DNA of 58,672 nucleotides from Chromera velia (GCA_018398765.1 JAHBMJ010000037.1:1-58672); one strand, 5' to 3'; positions 24,629-37,078 are shown, counted from the stretch's first letter. Program-made: numbers and translations. The notes: generated by a model from the sequence alone, not told the origin.

Positions 24629-26750
24629 TGTTGTGTACCATAATGATGAGGCTAAACAGACATAAAGACTGTATAGAGATGCACCCCGGGTTCGGCCGTC
24701 ATTCAAAGTCCAAGGACTGTTAGATAGAGGAATAGAACGAAAGCCAGACAAAGTATATCACTCTTATTGATTGATCAAACGCATTGGACAAAGCAGATGA
24801 ACGCGATAGGTCGAGAACGGATGAGGTAAACGCCCGGCGCGGCCCCGGATATGAATCCTGGCCCGGCAAAGCGAGAATATAGACCGCGTGCATGTCCCAC
24901 AACCATGGTGGCATGCAACACAGCTTCCTTTTTCATTTCTTTCTTTTTCTTGGCAGAAGCCAGAAGTAGTGACAAGACGACGATGAATGAACGAACTCAG
25001 ATGAGTAAAAAAAGAAAAAGACAAGTTAGAAGGCATTTTTACAAGATAATTTCGTGATGGTAACAATGCATGATGCTGAAGAGAAGGGGTTGGAAAGAGA
25101 CGGTCACGTTCGACCGACGGAAAGTATAATAAAGAGGTTCAGAGAAGGGAGATATGCACCGGATGTACACGTAGAAAAAGAGATCATTAGTCAGAGTTAG
25201 GGAGATACATCAGCCTATGACAGGGATTATAGCAACCTGCCAACAGAGCCTCCAGATACGGGAGGTCACGGACGGAACCCATGCATGCCCACCGCACCTT
25301 GTACACATATATGGAGGTCCATGGCAAGGGGGACCACTCAATGAAGAGGAAGAGATCGCAATTAAGTGCAAAGCGGGCATTGCCAAGAGGAGGCCAAAGA
25401 GAATGAACGCAATTGAATGAAGGAACTAACAGACAGAAAGAGAAAAGGGGGGCAATCGCATACAAAGTTGTCCAATCACGTTACAAAAACCAATGAAGGG
25501 TGTCACTGAATAAAGAATAGAAAAGAAATGATGTACTAAACGACTCTTGGAACTTCAAGTGAGGAAGAGAAAAGAAGGAAGAAAGGAAAGTACAAATGAA
25601 GGTAGAAAGGAGGAAGGAATAAAGAAAAGAAAAAACTTGTCTCGCCCTTCTCTCATTCTTTGACTCTCCCCTCCAGGCCAGGCCAACACGGAGAGAACAA
25701 GTGGTGATGGAAGTGAGGAAGAACCCTCCTCATTGTCATAGTGAGAGCCCTGACAAATTCAGCAGACAGAGAGAAAAGACAGCTGTATCAACGCGTAGAA
25801 AGATATAGTTTGTGCAAATGCTAACAAAGGGCAATATACGTGGGATAGAAGCGGACGAATAGACTACCCAGCCTGTCCGTCCCGACACAAACAGCAAGCC
25901 TTGGAAGAAATTGTGAACGGTGGACCACCGAGGCCGCCCAAATTCCTGAAGAGGATCTATTTGAAAAATTGGCGAGCTGCGGCGTCATCCAGACACCCAA
26001 AGAATTGAGAGAAAGAAGTAGATGCCGAACTGCATATAGGGCGTTGAGGTTTGATATTGAAAAGGCCGGATAAAGAGATGACCGAAGAAGGGGGAGCCGA
26101 TGAGAGGCCTGGTTTGATCCAGGCGGCAGTTACCGAGGGAAGAGAGGTTGATGGCGTGATATAGAGAGAGTGAGGAGAAGATCTCCCCATACTGGTTAAA
26201 CGTTATCAATTTTAAAAGGAGAGAAAGACGGAGCACAACCGAACGAGACGGCCGGCACAACTGAAAAAAGGATATGCAGTGCATCTGCACTTTGCAAAAA
26301 AGTTATATCGAGAATGAAGAAGCCATGGAGAGGGTAAAAGCAAAGGACAACATACGTTGAGGCAGTGGCTAGCATCTTCGGAAATGGAGAGCAGAGGGGC
26401 ATGACCCAGAGTCTCATACGAACAAGTCTGGTGAGTCAGTTTAAAAAAAAAAATAAATAGAACAAACCAGGTCTGGTACCATGTTGTGTATTATAATGAT
26501 GATGTTAAACAGACATAAAGACTGTATAGAGGTGCACCCAGGGCTCGCCCGTCATTCAGAGTCCAAGGACTGTTAGATAGAGGAATAGAACGAAAGCTAG
26601 ACAAAGTACGTCACTTTTATCGATTGATCGAACGCATTGGTTGAGAACGGATAAAGTAAACGCCCAGCGTGGCCCCGGATATGAATTCTGGCCCGGCAAA
26701 GCAAGAATGTAGACCGCGTGCATATTCCACAACCACGACAGCATGCAACA
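24629..26750 (-). mobile_element. Non-autonomous LTR retroelement (TRIM/LARD-like, 2.1 kb)
   Basis: Direct repeats 24629-24920 and 26482-26750 with TGTTG...CAACA termini. 5-bp TSD CTATC. Minus-strand PBS TGGTACCAGACCTGGTTT at 26464-26481. Minus-strand purine tract at 24925-24950. No recognisable gag or pol. Confidence 0.93.
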
Positions 26751-27011
26751 CTATCCTAAACGTGAATGGACTGAGCTTCTGCTACCATCTATGTGGGCTA
26801 AATAGTAAATAATAAGTTTAGTTATAACTATGTAGAGTTATAACTTACCTAGTGACTTACTTAATTACGGACATATTTAAAAACTAATTGAAAAATATTT
26901 TTTTAAAATAAGTCTAGAGGACAAAAAAAAAACTTTAATAAAGAAAAACTTTAAAACTTTAGGGTCCACACCAGAACCTAGAACTTAACTTGAATCCTGT
27001 ATTATATATAT

Positions 27012-27264
27012 GGGGCAGCGCACTAAAAGTTTTTAGTAATTAACCCAGTTACGTTTGGGGGAGGGGGGGGGAGGACTGAGTTATAATTCATATCAATCTA
27101 TGGGCAATGAAACACACCCCCCTCCCTATATCACCCCTATCAAACCTCGGAGGTTAAGAAGGAGGGGTTACCAAATTAAATAATAAAAGGAGGGAGGGGG
27201 GGGGGGGCAGCTGCCTAATATAATAGTGTAACTAGGTTATCAAAAATCTTTAGTGCGCTGCCCC
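27012..27264. mobile_element. PIF/Harbinger-like MITE (253 bp)
   Basis: TIR GGGGCAGCGCACTAAA...TTTAGTGCGCTGCCCC. TAT flanks both ends once the 27265-28042 insertion is removed (3-bp TSD). Confidence 0.75.
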
Positions 27265-28042
27265 CTAAGCGACGCACAGTGGTAAAAAAAAAAAAAATAG
27301 ACCTTTCCAGATTTTTTTTTTCTTTTTTTCTACGAAGGATTTCCTAGAGCACTTCTAGGAGCACCTAGAGGAGCATCTTTTAGAAGTACTTTTAACTTGA
27401 AACTAAGTTCCTCGCGAACTTATTACTCAACTCAAAGTTTTAAACATCTTTTAACCCTAGTTTTAACCCTAGTTCTAGTCCTAGTTGTTGTTGTACGTTT
27501 GTCTCTACTAGTGTCTCTACTAGTGTCTTCACCATTCCATCATCGACTTTGTTGAACATGGACCAACCGATCTTTTTTTCCTTGCAAGTTGTTCAACTGC
27601 ACTGTCACCAGACTTTTCTCTCTTCTCTTTGCTGTGTCTATTAAAAAAACTAACCATGTCTTCTTGTTTTCCATTTACATTGACTTGCATCTGCCCTTTC
27701 TTTCTCGTAAATTCTGCAGCCACTTCAGTATCATCTCCATGCAGTATCGACTCATGCTCTTGGTTGAACATATTTTCACGGCTGGCCGCTGCATCTGCAT
27801 CACCACTTTGCTCATCCTCCTTCTCCTCCTCGTCTTCAGCATCTTCATACAGTTCTTCAGATGCAAAGCTATTAATCTGGAAAACATCTTCTAACCATTC
27901 TACTTCATCAAGAAGACGAAGTGCTCTCTCCTCTACCGTCTCATTCCTCCTCCTCTCTTCTTTTAAATTTTAAATAAAAAAAAAAAAGAATAGACGTTTT
28001 CAGATTTTTTTTTTTTTGTTTTTACCACTGTGCGTCGCCTAG
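27265..28042 (-). mobile_element. TIR element (778 bp) with 8-bp TSD, carrying a ~145-codon coding fragment
   Basis: TIR CTAAGCGACGCACAGTGGTAAAAA...TTTTTACCACTGTGCGTCGCCTAG. TSD GCTGCCCC / GCTGCCCT. Stop-free minus frame from about 27960 to 27529. Confidence 0.88.
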
Positions 28043-28624
28043 GCTGCCCTTATCCTCTAGTATATCCTATACATGTGTTATCTTATTCAAAAAGTCTAGT
28101 AAAGAGTTTGGCTTTATAACCAACTCATAATTACTCATCGTATATGAATTATTTATTCTGGTATTTATTTCTTGAAACGCAAACTAATTTAAGCTGCTAC
28201 TTAAGCTGTGTTTTTACTCCTAACTTTTTGTTGCTTTAGGTTGCACTTTTAATATATTTGGATGACTTTTAGCTTTACTAGTTTTAGCTGGAACTTTTTA
28301 AACAAACTGAATGTGTATAAACTGAGATTGCCTTAGCCCTTGGAAGTTGCTTCAAGTTTTATTTTAGGCATATGTAGCTCTGAGAGTTAAAGTTATTAAA
28401 TACTGTCTAGGATAAATACTGCCTAGGATTTGGGGGTTAAATACCGAATTTAGGTATAAGGTATTTATCCAGGTATTTATAATCAACTCCTGGGGAATTG
28501 AGGGGCAACTTCCCGGGCAATGACCTGAAATTGGGTATGTTTTGCAGAACTTGTTGTTCTGAAACTAGTTCTAGAAAGTTTATAAAGGCTGAAAAGACCT
28601 AAAAAGGAAGAGTAATCACCATTA

Positions 28625-28872
28625 CTAGGCGCTGTACATAAAAAAAAAGAAAAAAAAATTAGGCGTCCTCAACTTTTTTTTTTCTTTTTTTTTTTGTTAA
28701 AAGTTGTAGGTTCAAATTTTATGTGGAAAAGTCTAGGGAAAAGTATAAGTTTCAGAGTTGAAAGTGATTCTTTTCCTTTTGGAGGCACTTGAAATAAAAA
28801 TATATATATATATTTTTTTAAAAAAAATTAGGCCTTCCCAACTTTTTTTTTTTCTATGTGCAGCGCCTATAG
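28625..28872. mobile_element. MITE (248 bp) with 8-bp TSD
   Basis: TIR CTAGGCGCTGTACATA...TATGTGCAGCGCCTA(TAG). Exact TSD CACCATTA at 28617-28624 and 28873-28880. Confidence 0.88.
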
Positions 28873-29155
28873 CACCATTATTGGTGTACTATCACGGCCC
28901 AATCACCTAAATGAGGAGAGTGTCAGGGACATATACCATGAGTTGTTAACGTACAATGTTTTTTGATATACTAATCATTACATATTTACATTAATGATAT
29001 TTTTTCAAGTATAGTTACTGAAATACTAAAAATGGTAAGTTTAAATACCAAATACCATTATTTAGGGGTTAAAAACGACCGGTTATAACCGGATGCTAGC
29101 CGGTATGCGGTATTTAACAACTCTACTGGGAGTGTTCACACCTAAAAATCTAGCC

Positions 29156-29962
29156 TACACTGGAACTATAATGTATGACAAGGAGAATTTCTAGAATCTT
29201 TTGTGTCACAATGATTTGTGAAACAATAATTGTAATTTTAAGAACTTTTGACTGATTCAATTAAATCATACTTATATGTGTAAAAAAAATAGTTGTATAT
29301 CACGGTTTGACACGCGTCGGGGGGCAGCGTCATAGCCGCTACGAGCTACTCACTCTATGCATGAATAAAGCCTGTATACATGAGCCCGCGAAAACAGCCC
29401 ATGCATGGATTGCAACACTCTCGAGCAGTTTATGCCTAAACCGCTCTAGGAACCGCTGCGCGCCCCTTCTTTGCTCTTCTCCAGTGCGAGCGAGTGAGTG
29501 AATGAGTAAGTGAGTGAGGTCATAAGGTGAGTGGGGTGAGTCGGTCAGTGGGGTGAGTGAGGTGAGTGAGGTGGGTGAGGTGAATGAGTGAGTGAGTGAG
29601 TGAATGAGGTGAGTGAGGTGAGTGAGGTGAGTGAGGTGAGTGATGTGAGTGAGTGAGTGAGTGAGTGAGTGAGTGACTGAGTGAGTGAGTGAGTGAATGA
29701 GGTGAATGAATGAGTGAGTGAGTGGGTGGGGTGACTAAGCGAGTGAATGAGGTGAGTTTGAACTTCAACGACTCTAAAGATTTCAAGCTAGTCACTTTGA
29801 AAGTCTAAGATCAATTCAATTTTCGTCTAAAAACTTCGTTACACCTAACTTACTCTAACTATTTCATCGCACCTATTGTGACACAATTATTTGTGTCACT
29901 AGTACTAGTCTATAGGGTATTGTGTCACAATTTGAATTGTGTCACACTATAGTTTTAGTGTA
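29156..29962. mobile_element. Non-autonomous TIR element (807 bp), 8-bp TSD, hAT-like
   Basis: Imperfect TIR TACACTGGAACTATA...TATAGTTTTAGTGTA. Exact TSD ATCTAGCC at 29148-29155 and 29963-29970. Subterminal TGTGTCACAA repeats. Confidence 0.85.
29490..29756. repeat. (GTGA)n/(GGTGA)n simple repeat inside the 29156-29962 element
   Basis: Read directly. Confidence 0.95.
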
Positions 29963-30390
29963 ATCTAGCCAAATAAAAACCTAAAATCACTGGCAGACTA
30001 TATGTTTTGCTAAGTGTTATACAAAAATCTAGCAAACAAAAATTAAAATTTCAAGAGATAAAACAATTTATACACTATTTATTTCACTTATAAGTTGTCC
30101 CAACCCCGCCTAAGTAGAAATAGGCATTAATAGACATATAGCTAGACATATAGCGGGAAAGCCCAGCGCGGAACTAGGCGCAGAACCTATCAATCTATCA
30201 ATCAGAAAACTGTTTTTTATAACTTTTAAATTATAAGTTGTTTCAAAATGGTTGATTGAGTGTTTCATACGGTTTTTTGGTTTAGGGACTCAACAATCTG
30301 GTCTGAGCGTCGAAGATGTTCATTGGACAGACATGAGGGATCAGAAAAACCTGCCAAAGTGAGATCCAGAGTCTGAAACACAACGGGACC

Positions 30391-30888
30391 CTAGCTGAAC
30401 ATCATGTCAAAGTCGTTCGCCTTTCCTCCCCCTCCCGATTGCCCACCTACCCCCCCCCCGTTGGCCTCAAAGAAAAGCATGTCCGCCTGAGGAGGCGGAG
30501 GCTTGCCCGCCCCCCCTCCCGCAGCCTGTGCAGAAGGATGAGCTCCATGATCGTCAAATCCTAAAAGGTTCCCTTCAGAGGGGTGGTTGGGAGACGGGCG
30601 AGATGCAAACTTCTCCTGCTGAGAGGCCGTCTCCGGAGGGGGCGGTTTCGATCCAGAATGTCTCTCTCCCCGTGCGCCTTCTGCCTGATGGTGGTGGGAG
30701 GAGGAGACAGAGGCACGGGAGTGCGACGCCGCCTGGTGCTGGTGGGTAGAGGCCCCCCCAGACCCACCGGAGGAATCCCTGTGAGAACCCGTCCAACTGA
30801 TACGGAGAACCTGCAAACCGACAGACAGAAAGACAGCAGAAGCGGGAATGTTGCACTTTGTCCCTCCCTCACCCATACTTACATACTT

Positions 30889-30955
<67 letters not shown>

Positions 30956-33594
30956 GGGAGAGAGAGAGAGGGGGAGAGAGAGAGGGAGGGAGGGAGGGAG
31001 GGAGGGAGGGAGGGAGAGAGACAGAGAGAGAAAGAGAGAATTACCGCCTATCATCGGTCCGGGGAACCTGATCTGGTAGGGGACATGACGGAAGAAGAAG
31101 AAAAAAACAATGGCAACTTTGAAGGGACGCAAGCGGAGAGATCAGACACACAGACAGCCAGACTATATGTTTTTTCTTCTCCCTTCTTCTCTTCATGAAC
31201 ACAATAGACAGACAGACAGACAGACAGACAGACGGACAAACGGTTGGTCCCTTCTTAACAAGTGACGAATCACGAGAGAGAAGCACACAGACCAAACCAT
31301 TAATGCACTAACAGGCAAACAAAACGGAGATACCAGGGGTTCCTCTGCCTCCAATGTGAAAACGCACGACAGAAAATCACAGAGAGACGCAAAGATGCTC
31401 TGGATCTGTTTTTCTTCACTTCGGTAGTACGCCCCCACCCTCACCTCCACTGCTTATGCAAACATATTGTCAGACGGACAAAGAAAGACACGCAGGCAGG
31501 AAGGCAAGACAGAAATTCAGACACACAGAGACGATCTGTTCATGTTTCCCTTGTGTGCTTCAATTTGACACAAAAACCACGCGTATCAATTTGCAGATAG
31601 CCCCACAGACACAATGAACTCGTGTTTCCTTCCGCCCTCTCCCCGAGACCATAGAACCAGACCGTCAGAAAGAGAAAGACGGGCTGATAAGCAGGTGCAA
31701 CTGCTAGATAGAGAAACAGACGGGCAAGGAACACAGGGAGACATCCCTTTCATTTCAAACACACCACCTCCTTGCACTTCTGTATGGAAGAAGAGGGAGC
31801 AGAGGCGGACTCATGAAGAGACATCCAGAGAGACCAAATCGCCAATTTTGGTTCAAATCTTTCCGGCCAACGGGTTGTATCGTCTATTTGTTATCAGTCC
31901 TTTTCTTTCTCCTTCCTGCCTTCCAGTCGGTCAGTCAGTGAATGAAAGAGGCACTCAGTCAGAAGGGCGAACGGGCGAACACATTCGACGGTCTTTTCGT
32001 CTCCTGTTTTTCCCACAGACATTGTCGCCCTTCTGTCGTGCCCTCTTCTTCCCTGCCTTCTTTCCTTTGTGTGAATGAATCAGACAGATAGGCAGACAAA
32101 CTTTGTCACTTCTTTTCTTTTGCATTACGGAAAGGCCGTCAGACAATCTTTTTTCGTATTCTCTTTAGATACAAACAGGCTAACAAAGAAGACGGAGAGA
32201 TGGACAGACGGACTGAACGAGTCAACAGACATGACACACTGTGTTCTCTTCAGACCCAGAGACTATATAGCTATTCGTTGCTTCGTTCTTTGCTTCCTTT
32301 CTCCAGTTCCCCCCCTCGCTGCTGTCCATTCTCCCTTCTTCCTTCCCTTCTTCCATCCTTACCGCAGAGCGCGAATGGACAGAAATCCTTGGTCCTCCAC
32401 AACTCTCTTTTGCTTGCGAAAAAACTGCAGGGTTGGTTCCTCTTTTATGCCTTCCTTGTTTTTCGCATCACCTTTGTCATCTCGCTACCGGCAGACATTT
32501 TTTTGTACCTGCTCCCCTTTCCCTTTCCTGCTTTGCTTGCGGAAGACCAGACTCTATTTTTGTTGTCCCCCCCCTTTGTTGTTCTCAATGAGGCAATGGC
32601 AGGCAGGCAGGCAGGCAGGCCGGCGGGCAGGTGGGTGGGCACATTCATAGACGCATCTGAAACAGGCAGACTGCATGATGTGCACGTTTTGTTGTCCTAT
32701 TCAGGAGTTCTGTTGTACGGCGTCCCTCACGTGCTCTTCTCTTGGCAGACAGATTTTCCTCTTCCTAGGACAAGCATAAGGCGAAACGGAGAGCCACAAA
32801 AATGCAATGCCAAGAAATGAAGCGAACCGGTGGAGAGGAAATGTCAAGCAGCCTAGTCCAGGTACAGTAGCGGGGGGGGTAGTGCGAAGTATCCCATGTG
32901 TGAGAGAGAGCATGAACGACACGAGAGAGACGCGCAGTGCTTCTGATGACGAGAAAGGGACTGGAAGGGAAAGTCAACCACTTCGAGTGAAAATCGGGAC
33001 AAACAAAAGGGAAGCTTGAAGCATGACAGGGGAAAGATTCGTCGTTCCCTCGATCTGTTTTCCACTTGGAGAGAAGGCGGGTTGGTTCTTTGGAGGCGGG
33101 GGGGCGAGTAGTTGGGGACTTCCGTCCACGCAGAAAGCATTCACACCGTGTAGGTACACACATTTGACGCAGACGGGTTGCACATAAAAGAAAAAGAAAA
33201 AAGTAATCGTCCGTGTTCGCTGTGTTCCCAGGAGACAGAACACCACCCACCAACCCACGAACTCACCTTGGCAAAAACAATTCCTTTATGAGAGGGGACT
33301 TGAGCATCGTCATTCGTAATGTCCATCCAGACGTGGGCCCCGCTTTCCATTTTCAGCTTGAATCTGAAGACAAAGCGTGCACAAAGTCATGAAAAAAGGG
33401 ATCTTCGTATGCTTTCCACGTGAGCGGGAGCAGAGTCTGTACCTGAAATGGTAGTGCCCCGGAAGAGGAAATCGGGCCTTGATATCCTTCAAGCGCAACT
33501 CCCCCGCCGTCTTTTGAATGGGAAAGGCATTTGGGTGTTCCGCATCATCCTGATCGGAAGGAATCCAGTAGTATACCAACATTGGTCTCGACAT
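30391..33594 (-). CDS. DIX-domain protein, ~222 aa; exons 33594-33443, 33363-33267, 30810-30391
   Basis: Spliced GT-AG model gives MSRPMLVYYWIP...LKDIKARFPLPGHYHFRFKLKMESGAHVWMDITNDDAQVPSHKGIVFAKVLRISW, a DIX-domain pattern, then a low-complexity tail. Exon phases are consistent. Confidence 0.85.
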
Positions 33595-34150
33595 CTTTAT
33601 CTACTGCTTCTTAGTGGAGCTGCGTCTACGTCTTCTTTGGAGTACGCGTTCCTGTCGGAAATCGACGATGCTGGCAGACTTCTTTAACACGCTCTTTGCT
33701 CGTCCATGTGCACGTCTCTAAAGATTTTCTGGCTCTAACTTGAGTTCTGGTCTTCAAAACGGTCTGTTCACTCGCTAAGAGAATCTTGAATCATTGCGAG
33801 ACTGTTGTCCACTGTGCATGGGCCCAAACTGCCGGGGCCCAAGCTCTCAGTGGACCGGCCGGCCCACCCCGCGTGCCTGCATGCCTGACCCCGGCAGAAC
33901 AATTCGTGCGTAGCGAGACTGCATGCATGCACGCCCAAACTCTTCAACTCGAGTGTTGCCCTCTCAGACCTCTCTTCGTCAGAGTGACATTCCTCTGCCC
34001 AATGCCCATGTTTGGACGTCATGCGTGAACTATTAATATCCGAGTGGTTTGCTCGTATGCAAGCTGGCTGTGCAGACGAGCAGCCCAGCTGAATTTCTGA
34101 CTTGCATTTCCATATACAAGTATACATTAATACAAACACCTGACAAAAGG
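33595..34150. promoter_or_regulatory. Short intergenic region between divergent genes; candidate bidirectional promoter
   Basis: 556 bp between two start codons. TGCATGCATGCA at 33920-33931. Confidence 0.5.
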
Positions 34151-35760
34151 ATGTCTGCTGTTGTGGATGTCGCAGAGGCAGTAGGGCTGTCTCCCGGTAC
34201 CCTTCATGTCGACCTCTATGGGTGGGTAGTTGAGGCAGGGGTGGCAAATGACAGGGTACAAAAAATCGCGAGGAGTCTTCTGGATGGAGAGCAGATGCCG
34301 TTTCTGTTGTTTGGCAAGCCGGCATCTCCAGTGACTACAGAATCGGAAGCTGCCGGAGGTATTGGAGAATTGAAGAGTGCCATCTCTGGGCGGCAACCGA
34401 TTCTCATCACACTCACTCACACGAGTGCAACTTTCCAGTACAGGAACGAAAATGGGGAGGCGGTATCGAGGAAGAGGAACTTGGTGTTCAATGTTCTCTC
34501 CGAAATATCTGATGAGGAAGACAGGTCAGTCAATTTGGAAGTACATGGTGAAAGGCTGAGTGTTGTAGGAAGGAAAACCTGTGACAACAATATGCATAAA
34601 TCTCTCTATTTCTGCAGAATTTCGGGTTTGAGCATCACCCCTGCGACGTTTTTCGGGAAAGGTGAGAGCGCGGTGTGGAATGATTCCGAAGAGGAGTTGC
34701 GTCTGTTTTTTCTTGCCCCCATTATTCGATGCAAAAGACCGGTCGATGCATTGCCTACTGAGTCGGACTTGATGAGGGGGAATACGCAAGAGAAGCAGCA
34801 AGAGAAGACAGAGGGGGAGCTCGGGGATTCGGGCATTGAAGAAGAAGCAGACATCGCGAAAAAAGAGAAACCGGGATCTCCGGCAGCATCTGGGAAGTCC
34901 TCTCCTGTGCGTCTCACGGCTCGCATGCTCCACGACCTCCACACACGAGAGGTCGAGAAAAGGAAGACTATGTCACGACAGCAAAGCGGCCTTTCCCAGC
35001 TCGAGCAGCAAAAGTCTCCTGCTGAAGACGGGGAATGCGAATCGGGCCAGGCTAAATCCTTTCATCAGTCGCACATCGCGACAATCCGCAAGAGTTCCCT
35101 GGCAGAGAGCAGATTCACAGAAGTCAACAAACAGCTCGGAACAGCTCTGCCCGAGAAAGATTCAGATGCACATGAAGATGACTCCTCGGGTCTAGCAGGC
35201 ATCCCTTCGCTCTCCCCTCTAGACGCGCGACGTGCCTCCTGGACAGCCCAGACGAGAGGATCGCCCCCTAACGGGACAGGAGGCACGATTCTGGAGCCTC
35301 GGCATTGTGCGAAGCAGATCACGTCCACGACGATCAGACAGATGTTCGACGAGGGATTCCCGATCCCCAAGGAGGCAGACCCTGTCGTCTACGCGCTGTC
35401 TCTGTTCCTGTGTATCCAGAAAGGGTGGCCAGAGGGGGAGAGGTTCAGTGGAAAGGCGCCCCGATGGACGGGCACAAACTTTGAGGTGAGTGCGTTTGAG
35501 AAGAGGAAAAGCAATTGAAGGAAAGGAAGGAAGAAGAGGGCTGAGTGTGTGGTGGAAAAACATCCTGAGGTTGCGCAGGTTTTTGCGTCTCTTACGGATT
35601 TGGCAGAGATGGTCTAGGGAAAGAGAGAGGCACATTTGCCTGAAGGAGCTAGGGGAAACTTAGAGACTTAAGTTGAAAGAGCAGAGGTTCGCCGATGCAT
35701 GGGGTTGGTTAATGGATGAGATGCAAGGTGGTCTCTGAGGTAGTCCGTGCATGGCCTCTT

Positions 35761-35831
<71 letters not shown>

Positions 35832-35839
35832 GTGAGTGA

Positions 35840-35876
<37 letters not shown>

Positions 35877-37039
35877 CGTTCACTTACGATGTGAAGGACA
35901 CGCGGCGATCTGTGGAGGCCTTCTTCTACGACCAGAACGTCTTCCAGGTCGGTGGGTGGGTGTGCAGGCAGGCCGTCTAATCTTTGGTTTCCTACTTTGC
36001 CGTCCTTCTGTGTTTGAATTCTGATCTCATTTCTTCCGGCCACTCCCTATCTTTTTTTCTCTGTTGCACGCGCAATCGCGGGCTCTCGCGTAAAGCAAGC
36101 ATACAAAGATTATTCTTTGTTCTTCACGCAGAAAACAGCGACTTTTACTGGGCTGCTGTAAGATCGAAAGGGGTTCGAACTATTGCTGTTTCATTGACAG
36201 AAGGACGTCCTTGCTCCGTTGGGTTTTTGACCGTTTCCATGTGCATCACAAAGCAATAATGGATGGCTGAAAAGATGCAGGATCAATCAATGTATGAATA
36301 TTGCAATGACTGCAGGCGGGACAGGCCACAAGCGTTCAGGGACTTGCACGAGAGCTGCAGCTGCACAGGTCTGATCGTTGAAATGGAGAGGGGGCCACAG
36401 CTCGAGAGATAACTAGAGAGTAAGGGGGTTCCTTCTCCTCAGCGTGTGCTTCTCTCTGGATTCACGACGTTTAGCCAAACGTTCTCACTGACTCTCTTGC
36501 TTGATTAGAATTGCATGTGTCTGTATCTCCAAGTACATTCGGGTGCCCCTCTCGATCCATACGAGTTGGAACATGCTCTTCGTTTCCTCATTATCTAGTC
36601 TGTGCAAAGACAACTGCATGCGAGGGATCGTCTTCTGTCTTCTCTCTCATCCCTACGTACTCGCATTCCAAGGCTTTTCTAAACAAAAATGACTTGCATT
36701 TCCTCCCTCCCTCCCTCGCACGTGCGTGCATGTGCATGTGCAGAAGGATCAATCACCCAGGAATCCGTCGTCTGGAGGGGGTGTGGCAACACGGCAACCG
36801 TCTGGTGATCGTCTTTGATCTTCCCAAGGGGGGGGATCTCCTCGACCATCTGCATAAATTTGGTCAGGCAAGAGAGGAGAGGAGAGGAGAGGAGAGGAGA
36901 GAAGAGGAGAAAAGACCCTTGCAAGATCTTCTGTCACACACAGTTCTTTCTGCTTCTGATTGTCCCCCCTCTCTTTCAGTCTGTCTGTCCGTCTGTATGT
37001 CTGACTACCTACCCGCGTCTCTTCATCTCTTCTGCTCCT

Positions 37040-37078
<39 letters not shown>

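Noticed and set aside
27450..27485. Telomere-like AACCCTA repeats
   Set aside because: Only two degenerate units, inside a TIR element.
28940..29125. Possible hAT MITE (GAGTTGTTAA...TTAACAACTC)
   Set aside because: Only a 10-bp inverted match and no TSD, so boundaries cannot be supported.
30811..33266. Many short ORFs in the 2.4 kb DIX intron
   Set aside because: Low-complexity sequence with no motifs. The DIX sequence is continuous (FAK|VLRISW) without them.
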